From the NCBI GenBank assembly GCA_951406725.2, contig OX597824.1, positions 99,076,001 through 99,140,000 on the forward strand: DNA of 64,000 bases, read 5' to 3'. The notes beneath the pieces are model-generated. The model did no database searches and was not told the DNA's origin. It saw only the letters and a list, made by a program, of their open reading frames with translations. A program made the translations under genes and the position numbers. Of the stretch, positions 23,900-36,345 are shown piece by piece. Position 1 is the stretch's first letter. Every line of letters starts with the position of its first letter. This DNA comes from Octopus vulgaris (Eukaryota).

Positions 23900-26667
23900 C
23901 GCATTGGACAATCGACCAAAGTTGCATTATCAACAATGGAAGACTTGTTCGGACATAAAACTTGATGGAAAGTACGTAAAGGGTATACGAGATAATTTAA
24001 CTCTGAACGGTGACTTAGAATTGTGGAAATGCTTTTGATAATGATAAACTGTATTGTTGGTTATGTCTACAATTTTTAAATGAAAATTTAGGTTCGAATT
24101 CTGTAAATAAAGGATATGATGATTTAAATGTCTTGCATGCTATAATCGCTCTCCAGTGATCCATTTATGCTAATTCTAGACCATTAGGAAGCAGAATCAA
24201 TTCAGTGCTTGATAAGCAGAAATCACTTGGTATTTGCAGAAATAATGAAGAAATTTTGAAAAATAGTGATAGCTTAAGATTAATCAGAATAACATGTGCA
24301 GGAATTAAATTCTGGTCATGATAAAAGTGAATTGTCTGAAAACAGGAGTAACTACATTAACTTAACCTTCTGTTGTACTTATTTTTATGAAAAAACATGA
24401 CATGCAAAACCCCAAATTTTTCAGCTATTCTTCCACATTCACCAGTGCTAAGATTTATAAATGTTGGTGCTGTCGAATATAAACAGCTACCCATACACAA
24501 GTTAATCAGTCTAACCTGAAGCAGTTTTAAATAGTTTGTAAGTTCATTTATAGACAAGTCAATGTCCTAACATTTAAGACAGAATCTTATGAAAAAATAA
24601 GAACCGGTTTGTTGTGTAGGATTAATATAAAACAGTTATGAAAAAAGAAAATAAAACAAGCTGAGTTTTTGGGAGCTGTGATGTATGATGAAATATCAAA
24701 ATATTAAGTATTGAATCTTGAGGTCAGCTAGTGGAAATAATTGTTTCAAAATTATCTTTTACAACTGATTTCAGTTGAAGTAACTTAGCTGAGAAATCCT
24801 CTTCTAAACTCTAGTAACTGGTTCTCATTACAGAGGACTACTTACTGTAGTTTAGAAGAGGAGGTGAACCTGTTAAGAAGTAGAATGATGTGTCAACTAA
24901 AGCCTCTTGGATTATTAGAGCAATACTTTTCTCACACGATACTTCCTACAACTGAGATAGAGTATTGTTATGACTATAATTATTCTTAAGGAGACCGTGT
25001 CTACCAGAGTGTGCTGCTACATTAAAGATACTTATTAATATCTAATTATGAGAAAGAAAACTGATGTTTTTTTTTATACACTTAGTGTGGGAAAATTGTC
25101 TAAGAAAACAACAAAATATGAGGCAGCATTTGACAGCAATTTTATCTGTTAAACAAAATAGTGGATAGCTTTATAAAATCGTAATAATTTAATCTTAAGA
25201 AATTCTTTTATTTTATGACTTTCACCCTGTGAGTTGTTTGTTCTTTTGTTTGTTCTTTCTTTCTTTTTTTATTTCAAACTTGGTTTCAATAAATTCCAAC
25301 ACCATTTCAGTTGTTGAGGAAAATCATAATGTTTACACCATATGAAAGGTGAAGATGTTTGGTAAAAGTGAGACAGCTGACATTTTGTATCTTTAATAGG
25401 TCTTTGATGATTATGTGATTGATAGATTTTTCATGATGTGAAATTATAGATCTTTATTGATGTGATTGATAAACATTTGAGGTTATGACTGAATGAAGTT
25501 TTGTGATTTGATTGAAAGATATTCTTAATAAGTGAGAAGACTTGAACTGGGGAAAATATTGAAGTGCTAAGATTTGAGTGATTTTAAAATACAGAAAAGA
25601 TAATAATTTCAGTTGGAACTGATAAGTCAATATTTGTTGGCATCTGGCGTCTCTCACAGTTAAACAGATGCTTCTTGGTGCATCTTTAATACTTTGTTCT
25701 TCATACACACTAACTTTACACATCCAGTGAAGAACACTTACTTCCTTTCTTCATCTCCACAACTTCTCTCTCCATGCCTTACTGCCTTGCAGCATTGCAT
25801 TTCACACATGCGCAACATTCAATCTTCGTTTTATCCTGACAGAAAAGCCCTCTCATACTGGCAGAGCTAAGAGCCGGAATTTATTTAATTTATTTGATCT
25901 CACAAATTAATTCCGATATTGATTACATGCTAATTTCTCTACAGATGGCACTTAGTCACGATAGCATTAGACGAAAGATGTGCTTGCATCTATGTCTGAA
26001 TGGGTTTCTGTGCTGAAGGGTGCAGTCATACTTTTGCTCTTGAATAAGAGTATCATTAATTAAAGCCTCCTAATTCTTCAACATCCTGGCTATGGTCAGT
26101 TAAGCTGAGAAATGAAGTTGACATTATTTAACGTCTTAGTCCTGATTGTTCATGTACAGTGCATTGCAGTCATCTGGTAGTTTCAGGTGGATTCTGTGAC
26201 GAGAGCAGTAGGGACACTATTAGGGAAGGAGGCAATAAGAAAGAAAGTGTAATGTGAGATAGAGAGGGAGGGGGAGTGGGGAGGGAGACGGGGTGTGGTG
26301 CTACCTCATGTTATACATGGGTGGATAAAGTGGTGGATGAGAAAAAGATAAAATGGATGCAGGTAATGGAAGGGGGATTTGTGATAGAGATTCAGTGATA
26401 AGAGCAGTGAGGAGGGAGATTGAAGGGGGTTGAGTAGAGGGTGGGAGGAGGGGTGAACTAAGCTTGTGTGGGAGGCTGGGTCTTCTGCAACACTGCGTGT
26501 ATCACCATTCGACAGTCATCTCTTTTGCCAGATGTAACATCTGGAGATCACTTTCCACTACATTATCCCAAGTTGTCCTTGGTCGCTTTCTCCTGCTGAA
26601 AGATTTTGGGATGAGGGGGTGAGAAATGATCTCAGGATGTTATATCCGACAAATGACTGGTGATGCA

Positions 26668-26707
<40 letters not shown>

Positions 26708-27750
26708 TGCTCATGGGATCGGAGTCCTGATTTCCACCATTGCTAGTCCTGGTGAAACACATTTAATATACATCATACGTAATCTCTCTTTTGTCATTAC
26801 CAAGATGGTGAGTTGACGAAGATAATGGTAGACAATTCACTTCTACCTGAAAAACAATATGCAGATAACTGAGAGAAGAATTTATAGTATTTTGCTAAGG
26901 AACAGTTTCTGGATTTGAACACAGCTGCTATAAACCAAAAGGTATTTTGCATCATTTAAGCATAAATATGCTTCAATAAAAGAATTAAATTATAAATATT
27001 TTGCATAAAAATTTTAAAAAGAAGCAAAAGATAACAAAAAGTGTACGAAATTTCAATATAAAAGTAAATTTTTTATTATAATTTCTAAAAATGTTGCAGT
27101 GTTACGTTGAGACAATAATTTTAAGATCATTTACCAGCATCTCACAATATTGTTTACTTCCATAAACAGTGCAAGCTTAATATTGGCATTGCTAAAGATT
27201 GGTTTTTATGTGATATATTTCAGCATGAGGTCAGGTTAGTATAACAAATCATGGTTACTAGAAATAAGTTATATTTGTTTCTTACATAATCACAGTGGGT
27301 GAAAACAATAGGTAGGATGGTGTATATATAAATGGAAAATCCTTGTCAAGGTTGACAAAATAAGTAGCACTCAAATACAGGTGTTGATATAAGTGACTGC
27401 AAACCCCACAAGCTCACCACCAGAATTGGGGCCTTGTATTTATAATATAAATAATAAATATATTTCAGTAGTTGTGAGCTGTTTAGATTGTTGAAAATGT
27501 GTTTATTCAAAATATTAATTTAAAAATTAGTTAATATTAATTTTTCTAAATATGAAAGAATTGAATTGATATTTTTCTTTTCTATTTAAATTTTATAAAA
27601 GAAAATATGTTTAAGAGCGAGTTGATAATTTTTCTTTGGAATATATCAGAAACTGAAGTGTATGCAAATATATTTAAATAATAATAATATTAATAAAAGA
27701 CAAAATACTTTGTAACTTTTAATAATGATATCTATGAAGACACTCGGAGT
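23900..27750 (+). mobile_element. Very old hAT (Tip100/ZMYM1-like) transposase remnant interrupted by younger repeats
   Basis: GHDKSELSENRSNYINL (about 24315) resembles RGHDES..S.NRGNFLEL; VMYDEIS (about 24680) resembles the first catalytic Asp motif. The remainder is AT-rich and only weakly recognisable. Confidence 0.45.
25640..26130 (-). mobile_element. Degenerate RTE RT fragment
   Basis: Minus strand aligns by eye with the KFRELLPLL...GFSLRVKGRLY.ACV..AMLHGS..W region of the other RTE copies. Confidence 0.6.
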
Positions 27751-28389
27751 AAATTGTGTTACCAGATGAAATATTTTAATTGGTTAGAATAGAAAAAAAA
27801 ACCAAGAGGCAAATATCTTGTCTAGCTGCTGAGATAGGAAATTTACCTCCATCATTCCAGTTTTTGCCTTCTGTGGTTAATGGTGATCCTTCTTTTCCTA
27901 TTAAAATACATCACAGTTCTCTAATCATTTTACAGCAACATATTGTGCCAAGTCTTGGTGGCCACTTCAGCCCTGGTACGTCTCTCAGCTTTATACAATC
28001 TCAATTTATTCTCTTTTTGCTCTGCTCTTCCTCTGGGCTTGTTGTATTTAATTTCAACATTTAATTTCACTCTACAAATATTTAATCTTCTTACATGATT
28101 GATAACAGCAGAGCATTAAAAAAAAGTTGTTTTTTTTTCCTCAAAATTCATCAAGTTTTCTTCTAATTTGCTCTTCTTTACTTTGTTAATTACATGTAAG
28201 AGTTGAATTATTAATTAGTTTAACTGTAATCCAGTTAATTTAAAGTTTAAATTTAAATACAGGCAATTTAAAGTTTCTTATTAAATATATTTCCACTTGT
28301 GGAATCCAGATTGAAATAATATGTTTGTATGAAAGTGCGCACACGCACGCACACACACACGTCTGTAGATACATCCATACATGCATACA

Positions 28390-29400
28390 TTTATGAGGGC
28401 TGCATAATCCCTGTATGAAGGGGTGGTCAGTAAGGTGTGAATCAGGGTTCAGCAATAAATTGAGTGTGCAAGTGGGGTATATCAGGATTTAGTCCTCAGC
28501 CCTGTCCTATCAAAGACCTTCCAGCCATAACAGGGGCACTTAAGACCATCTGTCCTTGGGAACTCGTGTAGTCTGACAAATTAGCTCTTAGTGTAGACTG
28601 TGGAAGACTTGAAGCTGAAATTCCAGACATGGAATCAGAACCTGGAATTGAAGGGCTCTAAGGTAAATTTTGAAAAATCATTAGTAGGAAGGAAGACAGG
28701 AGCCCCTAAGGTATCTGGAAAACGGTCTTGATCCACTGGCAAAAAAGGATTCAGTAGAAATTCTATAAGATATGCCCAGTGTATACAATGGACTGAGAAA
28801 AGATGTGGGAGTATTAAAGACAGGTTAATAGAGAAGGTGGATTTCAGATGTAGCAGACACATGAAGGGTGCTCAGGAAATAGATTCTCTTAAATACCCAG
28901 ATGGTTTCCTAGTAACAGTTGATAGCTTTATCTACCCAGGAGATCACATAAGCAGTGATGGTGGATGTTTTGAATGTGTGATCAGCAAAATATAAGAACA
29001 GGTTGGAGTAAGTTGCTGGCAACAAAGGGTTTATCTCTCAAAATCAAGGGAAGACTGTATAATGCTGGTGTGCAATGTACACTGTAGCATGGCAGAAAGA
29101 CGTAGGATTGAGAGCAGAATTCATATCAAAGCTGGAAGGAAATGTGCAATGTTAGTGTATATGAGTGATAGAGTATAAATGAAGTGAGAAACAAACTGGG
29201 TATAAAAGGAATCAGATACAGTATGCAGGAGAGGTGGCTGCTCTGGTATGGACATGAGATGCAAATGGAGGATGACAACTACATAAATGCTAAAAGCTCA
29301 AAGTGGTAAAGAGAGATTGATTGAGGAAGGCTTGAGAAGGGATGTTGAAAAATGATCTCAAGATGTTTGATGAAGGAGGTGACTGAAGACTATGTTGACC
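28390..29400 (+). mobile_element. Degenerate RTE LINE fragment
   Basis: VGVYQDLVLSP; GLKVNFEKS; zinc-finger-like RNSIRYAQCIQWTEKRCGSIKDRL; WLLWYGHEMQMEDD. Confidence 0.8.
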
Positions 29401-29409
29401 CAACTCAGG

Positions 29410-30639
29410 GACCAAAGGAGATAAGACAAGGAAAGCCTCTGGTCCATCAGCAGTTGTTGCTGAGGGGCTTAAAATATCTGTCGGAGCAGGATAGAGCCTA
29501 GTCACCCATATTGTTAATAAGGTTAATCAGGAAGGTGTTAAACCTAATGACTGATGCAGCAGCATCATAGTCAGCTGTTACAAGGATAAAGGAGATACCT
29601 TAGAGAGAGAGAGAGAGAAGTAATTACAAGGAAATCAAGTTGCTGGAACAGGTTTTGAAAGGAACAGAGTTTATAGTTCAATTAGTTGGGAAGAGATTTA
29701 GGATGGATGAGATGCAGTTTTGTGTCAGCAAGAAGCAATACTGATCTCCTCTTTCTAGTGAGGCAAAGAAAGAAGCATTTGCCTAAAAAAATAAGCCACT
29801 AAACATTGATCATCGTGGAGAAAACCTTCAAAAGTTTTAGTAAGAAAACACAGGTCTCTACTCCCTTTAGAAAAAGGGTCCTGTTTGATTTGTAGAAAAG
29901 GAGTAAGTACAAATTCCATACAGTGTACCTGTTGCAAGTTAAGGCATACAAAAAGGTGAAGTAGTATTATAGGCAGGTTAATAGGGAAAGTGAACTTTGT
30001 ATGCGGCAGATGCAAAGGACCAAAAAACTCTAAGGGTGCCTGGAAAATAGATTTTCTTGAATAGCCAGGAGAATCGCTAGATATAATAGATAGGTTCTGT
30101 TACCTACATGACCTAATTACCTGTGGAGGAGGATGTTTTGAAAATATAGATGCTAGAGTAAAAATAGGATGAAGGAAGTTCCAAGAGCTATTACTTCTGA
30201 TGGTGGCAAGAGGCCTCTGTCTCCGACTGACAGCAGACTGCATGATGTTTGTGTATGAACAGCAATAATACATGGTAGTGAGATGTGGGCTGTGAATGCA
30301 GAAGTCATGTGAAAAACTAAAAAGAAATGAAGTGAGGATGCTCTACAGGATGCCCAATGTTGGTGTACATGAACAACGGAGTAAAGAAGCATTAAATGTA
30401 GTGGGCAAGAAAGAAGACTGTGTTGGAACGGGGTATGACATGGATGAAGACAACTGTACAAAGAAGTACCAATTACTGTGCCAGGAACTTTTGTAAGAGG
30501 GAGACCCAGAAAAATGTAAGATGAAGTTGTAAAAGTCAGTCTCAGGAGGAGATGGCAAAACACTGAGCTGATTGGCAATATTCTGCACTCAAGAACACCC
30601 TTCTATCACAGTGAAACCAATCTTCTGGCAGCATAATGT

Positions 30640-30707
<68 letters not shown>

Positions 30708-31880
30708 CTGGGCTCCTTGCCTGATTTGTCTCTGTCAAGCCATCCCTCCCACCTCTGATACCTCCATTATTTCTTCTAACTACTGCATATTTCTTTCATT
30801 TCTCTGCTATCAGTTATCTCTCCTCATCCCCCCCCCACCAATCATTTCCTATTGTCATCCACACCTCATTCTCATCTCTCCTTTTGACGCACACCAACTT
30901 TACTTCGCCACTCATCACTTTTTCTCCTTTCAGTCACTTCTATTGACATCCATCCCTTGTTCTCATCATCTTCCACCTACTCATATTTACCATTCCTTTC
31001 ACTCTTTTTATCTCTTCTCGGTTACATTCACTTTGACCTCAATGTCTAACCGCCATTCACTTTTCCCCAACACACTTTACCTTCCTACTCTTCCCAGTTT
31101 TCTCTCTTTACTCTCTCCTATTCACCTTCTGTCTTGAGTGTACACTTTAACACCATGTCATCACGATCTTTATCCAGCTCCATTTATGCCCACCCACTCT
31201 TATACAATGAAAGGTAGATATGTATCTCCTCTGCTATGACAAATGTACCTCCATTCTACAATACTCCTACTCATTGAAAGGAGCTCTGTAGTATGCTTTT
31301 CTCCTCTAGGCACAAGGCTCAAAATTTTTGGAGAGGTGGGACCAGTCGTTTAGATTGACTCCAGTACACAACTGGTACTTAATTTATTGACCCCGAAAGG
31401 ATGAAAGGCAAAGTAGACCTCAGCAGAATTTGAATGCAGAATGTAAAGACAGACGAAATATCGCTAAGCATGTCTTCCGGCATGCTAACGTTTCTTATTT
31501 CTTTACTGCCCACAAGGGGATACTCACAGAGGAGACAAACAAGGACAAATGGATTAAGTCGATTATATCGACCCCAGTGCCTAACTGGTACTTATTTAAT
31601 CAGCCCCAAAAGGATGAATGGCAAAGTCGACCTTGGCGGAATTTGAACTCAGAATGTAGCAGCAGAGGAAATACCACTAAGCATTTTGCCCAGCCTGCTA
31701 ATGTTTCTGCCAGCTTGCCCCCTTGGGGCTCTGTAGTATTGCAAACTATTAGATGACCCACCTGTGCTGGTATTGAGAAGGGCTGTAGAAATCCTGCAAA
31801 AACAGATGCTGGAGCCACATGTAGTCCTCTGACCCATTGGAACTGTCTAACCCATGCCAGCATGGAAAGATGATAATGAT
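29410..31880 (+). mobile_element. RTE LINE fragment with 3' UTR, interrupted by (CA)n and a SINE dimer
   Basis: TGKASGPSAVVAEGLK, IIVSCYKDKGD, NYKEIKLLEQVLK, IIHGSEMWAV, RGRPRK; conserved tail at about 31770-31880. Confidence 0.8.
31295..31727 (-). mobile_element. Dimeric Nin/Deu-like SINE with 12-bp flanking direct repeat
   Basis: Two head-to-tail monomers with different tails; gctctgtagtat at 31283-31294 and 31728-31739. Confidence 0.85.
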
Positions 31881-32035
31881 GAGGATCATGTACTCACACA
31901 CATGTATATATGTGTGTGCGTATGTATGTCATAGCTGAACAATGCAGTACAGCCAGAAGTTGATAGCCACTGGCAAAGGGAAATAATTCAGACTTTTTCC
32001 CGCCATATTTTAAAGAGGTCATAGGCCAACAGGTC

Positions 32036-32100
32036 TTGGGGTCTGACGATATGCCATAAAGTTAAACCCTTTATGGATGAGAAACCCCATAAACTGGCCT
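32036..32100 (+). ncRNA. Hammerhead motif with deleted stem III/cleavage site; paralogue of 33361-33430
   Basis: ggggt-CTGACGA-tatg-CCATAAAG-ttaaacc-CTTTATGG-atga-GAAAC-cccataaactggcct. Confidence 0.6.
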
Positions 32101-32113
32101 TCACCAGGAAAAT

Positions 32114-32144
<31 letters not shown>

Positions 32145-32820
32145 AGCATGTATATTTATAAACACATAAAAGTGTGTATATATATATATATGCACACATA
32201 CATACACACACGTATAAAATACAATATTAAATTCTTGTATCAGCCACTTAACCAAATATGTGTGTTTGCCTTTTTCTTTTGTATGTTACTGTAAGGTTTA
32301 TAACACTAGATATTTGGGAGTGAGACAGATTTGTTATAGTTTTACAGAACTCGTATTCTTTAACATTTGATATTGGTCAAGATATCATGGAATTTTGATG
32401 TATCTAAAATGTTCAGCAGAACAAGCATTGTGCAGGGGAAGTAGTGTTTAGAATGTTGCTACTTATATATATATATATAAAATTATATTATTTAATGTTG
32501 AACAAATGATATAGGCATTTAAATGTGTGTGTGTGTGTGTGTAATATAATGGTCAAATAATTTGAAAAATAAATGGCAGTAAAAATGAGTTTTCATTTAT
32601 TTTATTGTGATTTGACAATCCAAGTAAATATTTTTCCAGTGGTTCTCTTCTGATTGGGTTCAGTTGGTTTGTTGAGGTGAAATCCATAGAATCTTATTCC
32701 CATTTTTGGTCCCTCCTCTGCTGGTTTTTCTGAAACTTTCATTGGTTTTCTTATTTTCATTTGTTTATTTTTTTAAAGAATTTTGTTTCAAAAGAGCACA
32801 AACATATTAAGAGGTTGGTC

Positions 32821-32854
<34 letters not shown>

Positions 32855-32869
<15 letters not shown>

Positions 32870-32983
32870 CTATGTATGTATGTATAAGCATATCATCATC
32901 ATCATCATCGTTTAAAACGGACGCTAAACGATGATGATGATGATGATATGCTTATACATACATACATAGATACATATATATAT
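32855..32983. repeat. About 60-bp perfect inverted repeat with 10-nt spacer around an RTE tail tip
   Basis: ...tatgtatctatgtatgtatgtataagcat(atc)6gttta - aaacggacgc - taaac(gat)6atgcttatacatacatacatagatacata... Confidence 0.95.
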
Positions 32984-33222
32984 GTATGTATATAGGTATG
33001 TATGTAAATATATATATATTTATATATATGCATATACATACTGATACATATGTATGTACATACATGTATATGCATACACAGATATATATGTGTGTGTGTG
33101 TGTGTGTGCATACACATGTATATTTACATATACGTACTCATGCATATATGTATATACAGATATACTGTCGGTAGAACATAAATCCAGAAAAGAAGCTCAC
33201 TCTAAGTTATAGAGCAGTAAAC

Positions 33223-33454
33223 AATATAAAAGTTAGAATCGATCAGTTTATGGGATTACCTTTGGGAGACAATCCCCTGATGTTGACATTGAGTAGCGAG
33301 GTCATATCCTCCTTTATATTCTAGATCGGCCACTTGCAAGAGAGGCCTCAATCCAACGGATTTTGGAATCTGATGATATGCCATAAGGCTAAGCGATTTA
33401 TGGATGTGAAACCAAAAGTAATCCCATAAACCGGCCTATTCTAACTTTTATATT
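33223..33454 (+). mobile_element. Short element with 43-bp inverted termini containing a hammerhead motif
   Basis: 33223-33265 aatataaaagttagaatcgatcagtttatgggattacctttgg versus rc of 33412-33454 aatataaaagttagaataggccggtttatgggattacttttgg. Lies between TA-rich microsatellites. Confidence 0.75.
33361..33430 (+). ncRNA. Minimal type-I hammerhead ribozyme motif
   Basis: ttttggaat-CTGATGA(33370-76)-tatg-CCATAA..TTATGG-atgt-GAAAC(33408-12)-caaaa-GTA(33418-20)-atcccataaa. Confidence 0.7.
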
Positions 33455-33601
33455 ATACAGATATATATATATGTCTGTGTGTATATATATACATATATAA
33501 AGTATGCATGTATATATATATATATATATATATACATATATACACACACACACATATATATATATACACATATGCATATATATATATACATGCATACTTT
33601 G

Positions 33602-33672
<71 letters not shown>

Positions 33673-34289
33673 AATGACTTCATTATATTGTAATATTTCT
33701 ATACATAAATGCATATCTATGTTTATATAAACTCATGTATAAAAGCATAATTTTGTACATATATACACATAATCTTTCATTCCACTGTCCACATATACTG
33801 CGTGTATATATATGTATATATACATATACACTTAGAGTAATTATATACATAACTACACAAGCACTTTTCATATACACATGTATACTATATGCTGTCTTTT
33901 TTTGGTAATGTTCCGTTAGTTGGCTATTCATTGTTAATTCATTTGTTTTATTATTGGAATTAAAAAGCTGTTTTGTGATACCATCAGAGTAATTTAGCCT
34001 TGTGCTGCATCAAATTTCAAATTTCACTTAAATTTGATTTCATTACAGTATTTTTGTTGAATTTTAGGGTATGGTAATTCCACATTCATACCATGAACAT
34101 GTAGGATTAAGGAATCCTACTTTCTGTCTTTTTGGTTCTTCTCCCCATTTGGATCTTCCGAATGCTGAAATAGTAAAAAAAATGAGTGTTAAATCAGTGA
34201 TAAATCAATAGAAATATTTTCACTCAATTTTAAAATGTTTGGGTGTTGTGTGTAAGAAGAATGTATTTGTCAGTATAGTTTATCATAAA

Positions 34290-34480
34290 GATGCCCCACT
34301 AATTTCCTCTGGCTGCAAAAGGCAGACAAGTTTTCTTCTGTAGGCTGTTATTTTCTGGTGAAACCCTCACCAACTTCTGGGACTGGAAGAAAAAGGTGAG
34401 GCAGAACTGGAAGTGCTCTCCTCTTGTTGAAAGATGGGTAAGAGTGATGAGCAAAGCCAGGATGAATGAATTTAAATATG
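34290..34480 (+). mobile_element. Degenerate Tx1-type ORF2 C-terminus
   Basis: SGETLTNF..KKKVR...ERWVRV..KARMN parallels the better copy at 40434-40750. Confidence 0.45.
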
Positions 34481-34707
34481 CACCTATAACTTTTGTGCAG
34501 AATTTGGAAGAGAGCATTTGCCTTTGGCAATTGGGACAATTAGGCTTTTGTGAGAGTTTATTTTGACTGACTCTTTCACTATTTCGTTTTTTACTTTATC
34601 ATTTACACATTTTCGTAGTTTTATTTCCAGTTGACATCCTTCAATTTTACTAAATGTGAAACATCTCTCACTCATTGTTCTGTTGCATTAAAAGATATTA
34701 TTATTAT

Positions 34708-35030
34708 TAGTTCAAATTCCGCCGAAGTTGACTTTGCCTTTCATTCTTTTGGGGTTGATAAATTAAGTACCAGTGAAATACTGGGGCTGGTGTAATTGGC
34801 TTGTCCCCTCTCCCAAAATTTGGTAAACGGGAATGTTGTTATTATTATTATTACTATTATTGTTATTATTATTAGGTGGCAAGCTGACAGAATCATTAGA
34901 ATGCCGGGCAAAATGCTTAGCAGCATTTTGTCCTTCATTACGTTCTGAATTCAAATTCTGCTGAGGTTGACTTTGCCTTTCATCCTTCCCCAAATTTCAG
35001 GCCCCGTGCCCATAGCAGAAAGGATTATTA
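34708..35030 (+). mobile_element. Two tandem Nin/Deu-like SINE copies in (TTA)n
   Basis: gttcaaattccgccgaagttgactttgcctttcatt...aagtaccag; second head ggtggcaagctgacagaatc at about 34875. Confidence 0.8.
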
Positions 35031-35199
35031 TTATTGTTATTATTATTATTATTATTATTATCATCATCATCATCATCACTACTAAACACTATTGTATCAC
35101 TGAATAGTGAATGATGGTTATTATTTGCCTTCAATGCAATTATGGTTGGGTTATTTAAAAATTACTTTGTTTTAGTTCTGTACTCATATCTGAAGAATA

Positions 35200-36345
35200 T
35201 TTATGAATATTGGTACACAACGACCTATATTAGAAATATAAGAGTAATGTAGGAACATACAATATGCAGAGACAATAGCAGGATACCAGGTCAGTAGATG
35301 GATAATGGGAGAATATAGAAACGCAATGATAATACAGGAAGAGGTACAGTGGGACAGTGCAGAAGCAAAATCCTCATGATAGCAGGGATTCCTTCCATAT
35401 GGTTATTTGATCTACAAGATATACCAGTCAAATCTCCCTCAAGTTATATCGAAAAGGTGGAAAACAACCACCACTTTGTACACACCACCATTTGGCCTTT
35501 GGGTACCTTTAGCAGAGTTCATTCCATTATTGTTTAATACACATCACTGCCACTACCTGGTCTCTGGATACTTTCAGTAGAGCCCCCCCCACACACACAC
35601 ACACATGATCTCTCTTCTGACAAGTCTCCCCTCACAACCCATCTTCCCAACACCTCCCTTCCCATTACCCATGATCACCAATCACAGCAGTACCCTCCAC
35701 TCCCCCTCACATGCTTACCTGTACACTCTCCATGCCCTCTCATTGCTACCATACACCTGCAGCCACTTCAATTTCTCTTACCATCACTTGCTCCCATCAC
35801 TTCTTCCCTGTCTTTAAACATCTCCCCTCACATTCTTATGAAACATTCTCCACTGTCCCCTCCCTCTCTATCACTTACAGCCTCCCCACACCACTGTACC
35901 CTGTGGGCAGGTCCCAATGCATCTCCAGCATCATCTCTCTCCCTCTCTCTCTCTTGAGCTTTCTCACACCTACTGGAATGGTCAGCTATTTCTTCTTCTA
36001 GTAAGACCCCTATCTCTCTCTATCATACTTTAACCTTGCAACTGGCACAATACCGCCTCCCTCAGTACTACCCCCTCTCTGAGCTGAGAGATTTTTGTTG
36101 TGTAAGTTACTTGGTGACCCCACTGGTGCTGGTCCCATGTAAAAAGCACCAATACTGGTCCTTCATAGAAAAGCACCCAGTGCCACTCTGTGAAGTGGTT
36201 GGCATTAGGAAGGGCATCCAACCATAGAAACCATGGCACAGCAGACAAGTGGAGCCTGGTGCAGCTCTCTGGCATTGTCCAGCTCCTGTCAAACTGTCCA
36301 ATCCATGCCAGCATGGAAAATGGACATTAAATGATGATGATGATG
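35200..36345 (+). mobile_element. RTE 3' fragment with pyrimidine-rich UTR and conserved tail
   Basis: Decayed RT C-terminus, C/T-rich UTR, then ggttggcattaggaagggcatcc...ccatgccagcatggaaaatggacattaaatgatgat. Confidence 0.7.

Noticed and set aside
26220-26480. G-rich tract with G-quadruplex potential
   Set aside because: Most simply the reverse complement of the pyrimidine-rich RTE 3' UTR seen repeatedly in the window.
27845-27980. Candidate micro-exons on both strands (GKEGSPLTTEGKNWNDG on minus; NILCQVLVATSAL or QHIVPSLGGHFSP on plus)
   Set aside because: Splice-like sites on both strands suggest chance. The plus frame may be the decayed dimerisation motif of the neighbouring hAT remnant.
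32600-32760. Candidate exon GSLLIGFSWFVE
   Set aside because: The opposite strand reads IRFYGFHLNK..PNQKRTTGKIFTW, like a LINE RT C-terminus.
34092-34164. Candidate minus-strand exon (tttcag|...|gtatga; FGRSKWGEEPKRQKVGFLNPTCS)
   Set aside because: No recognisable protein or partner exon. The sequence also resembles a decayed RTE C-terminus, and the plus strand gives an equally plausible frame. Needs RNA-seq.
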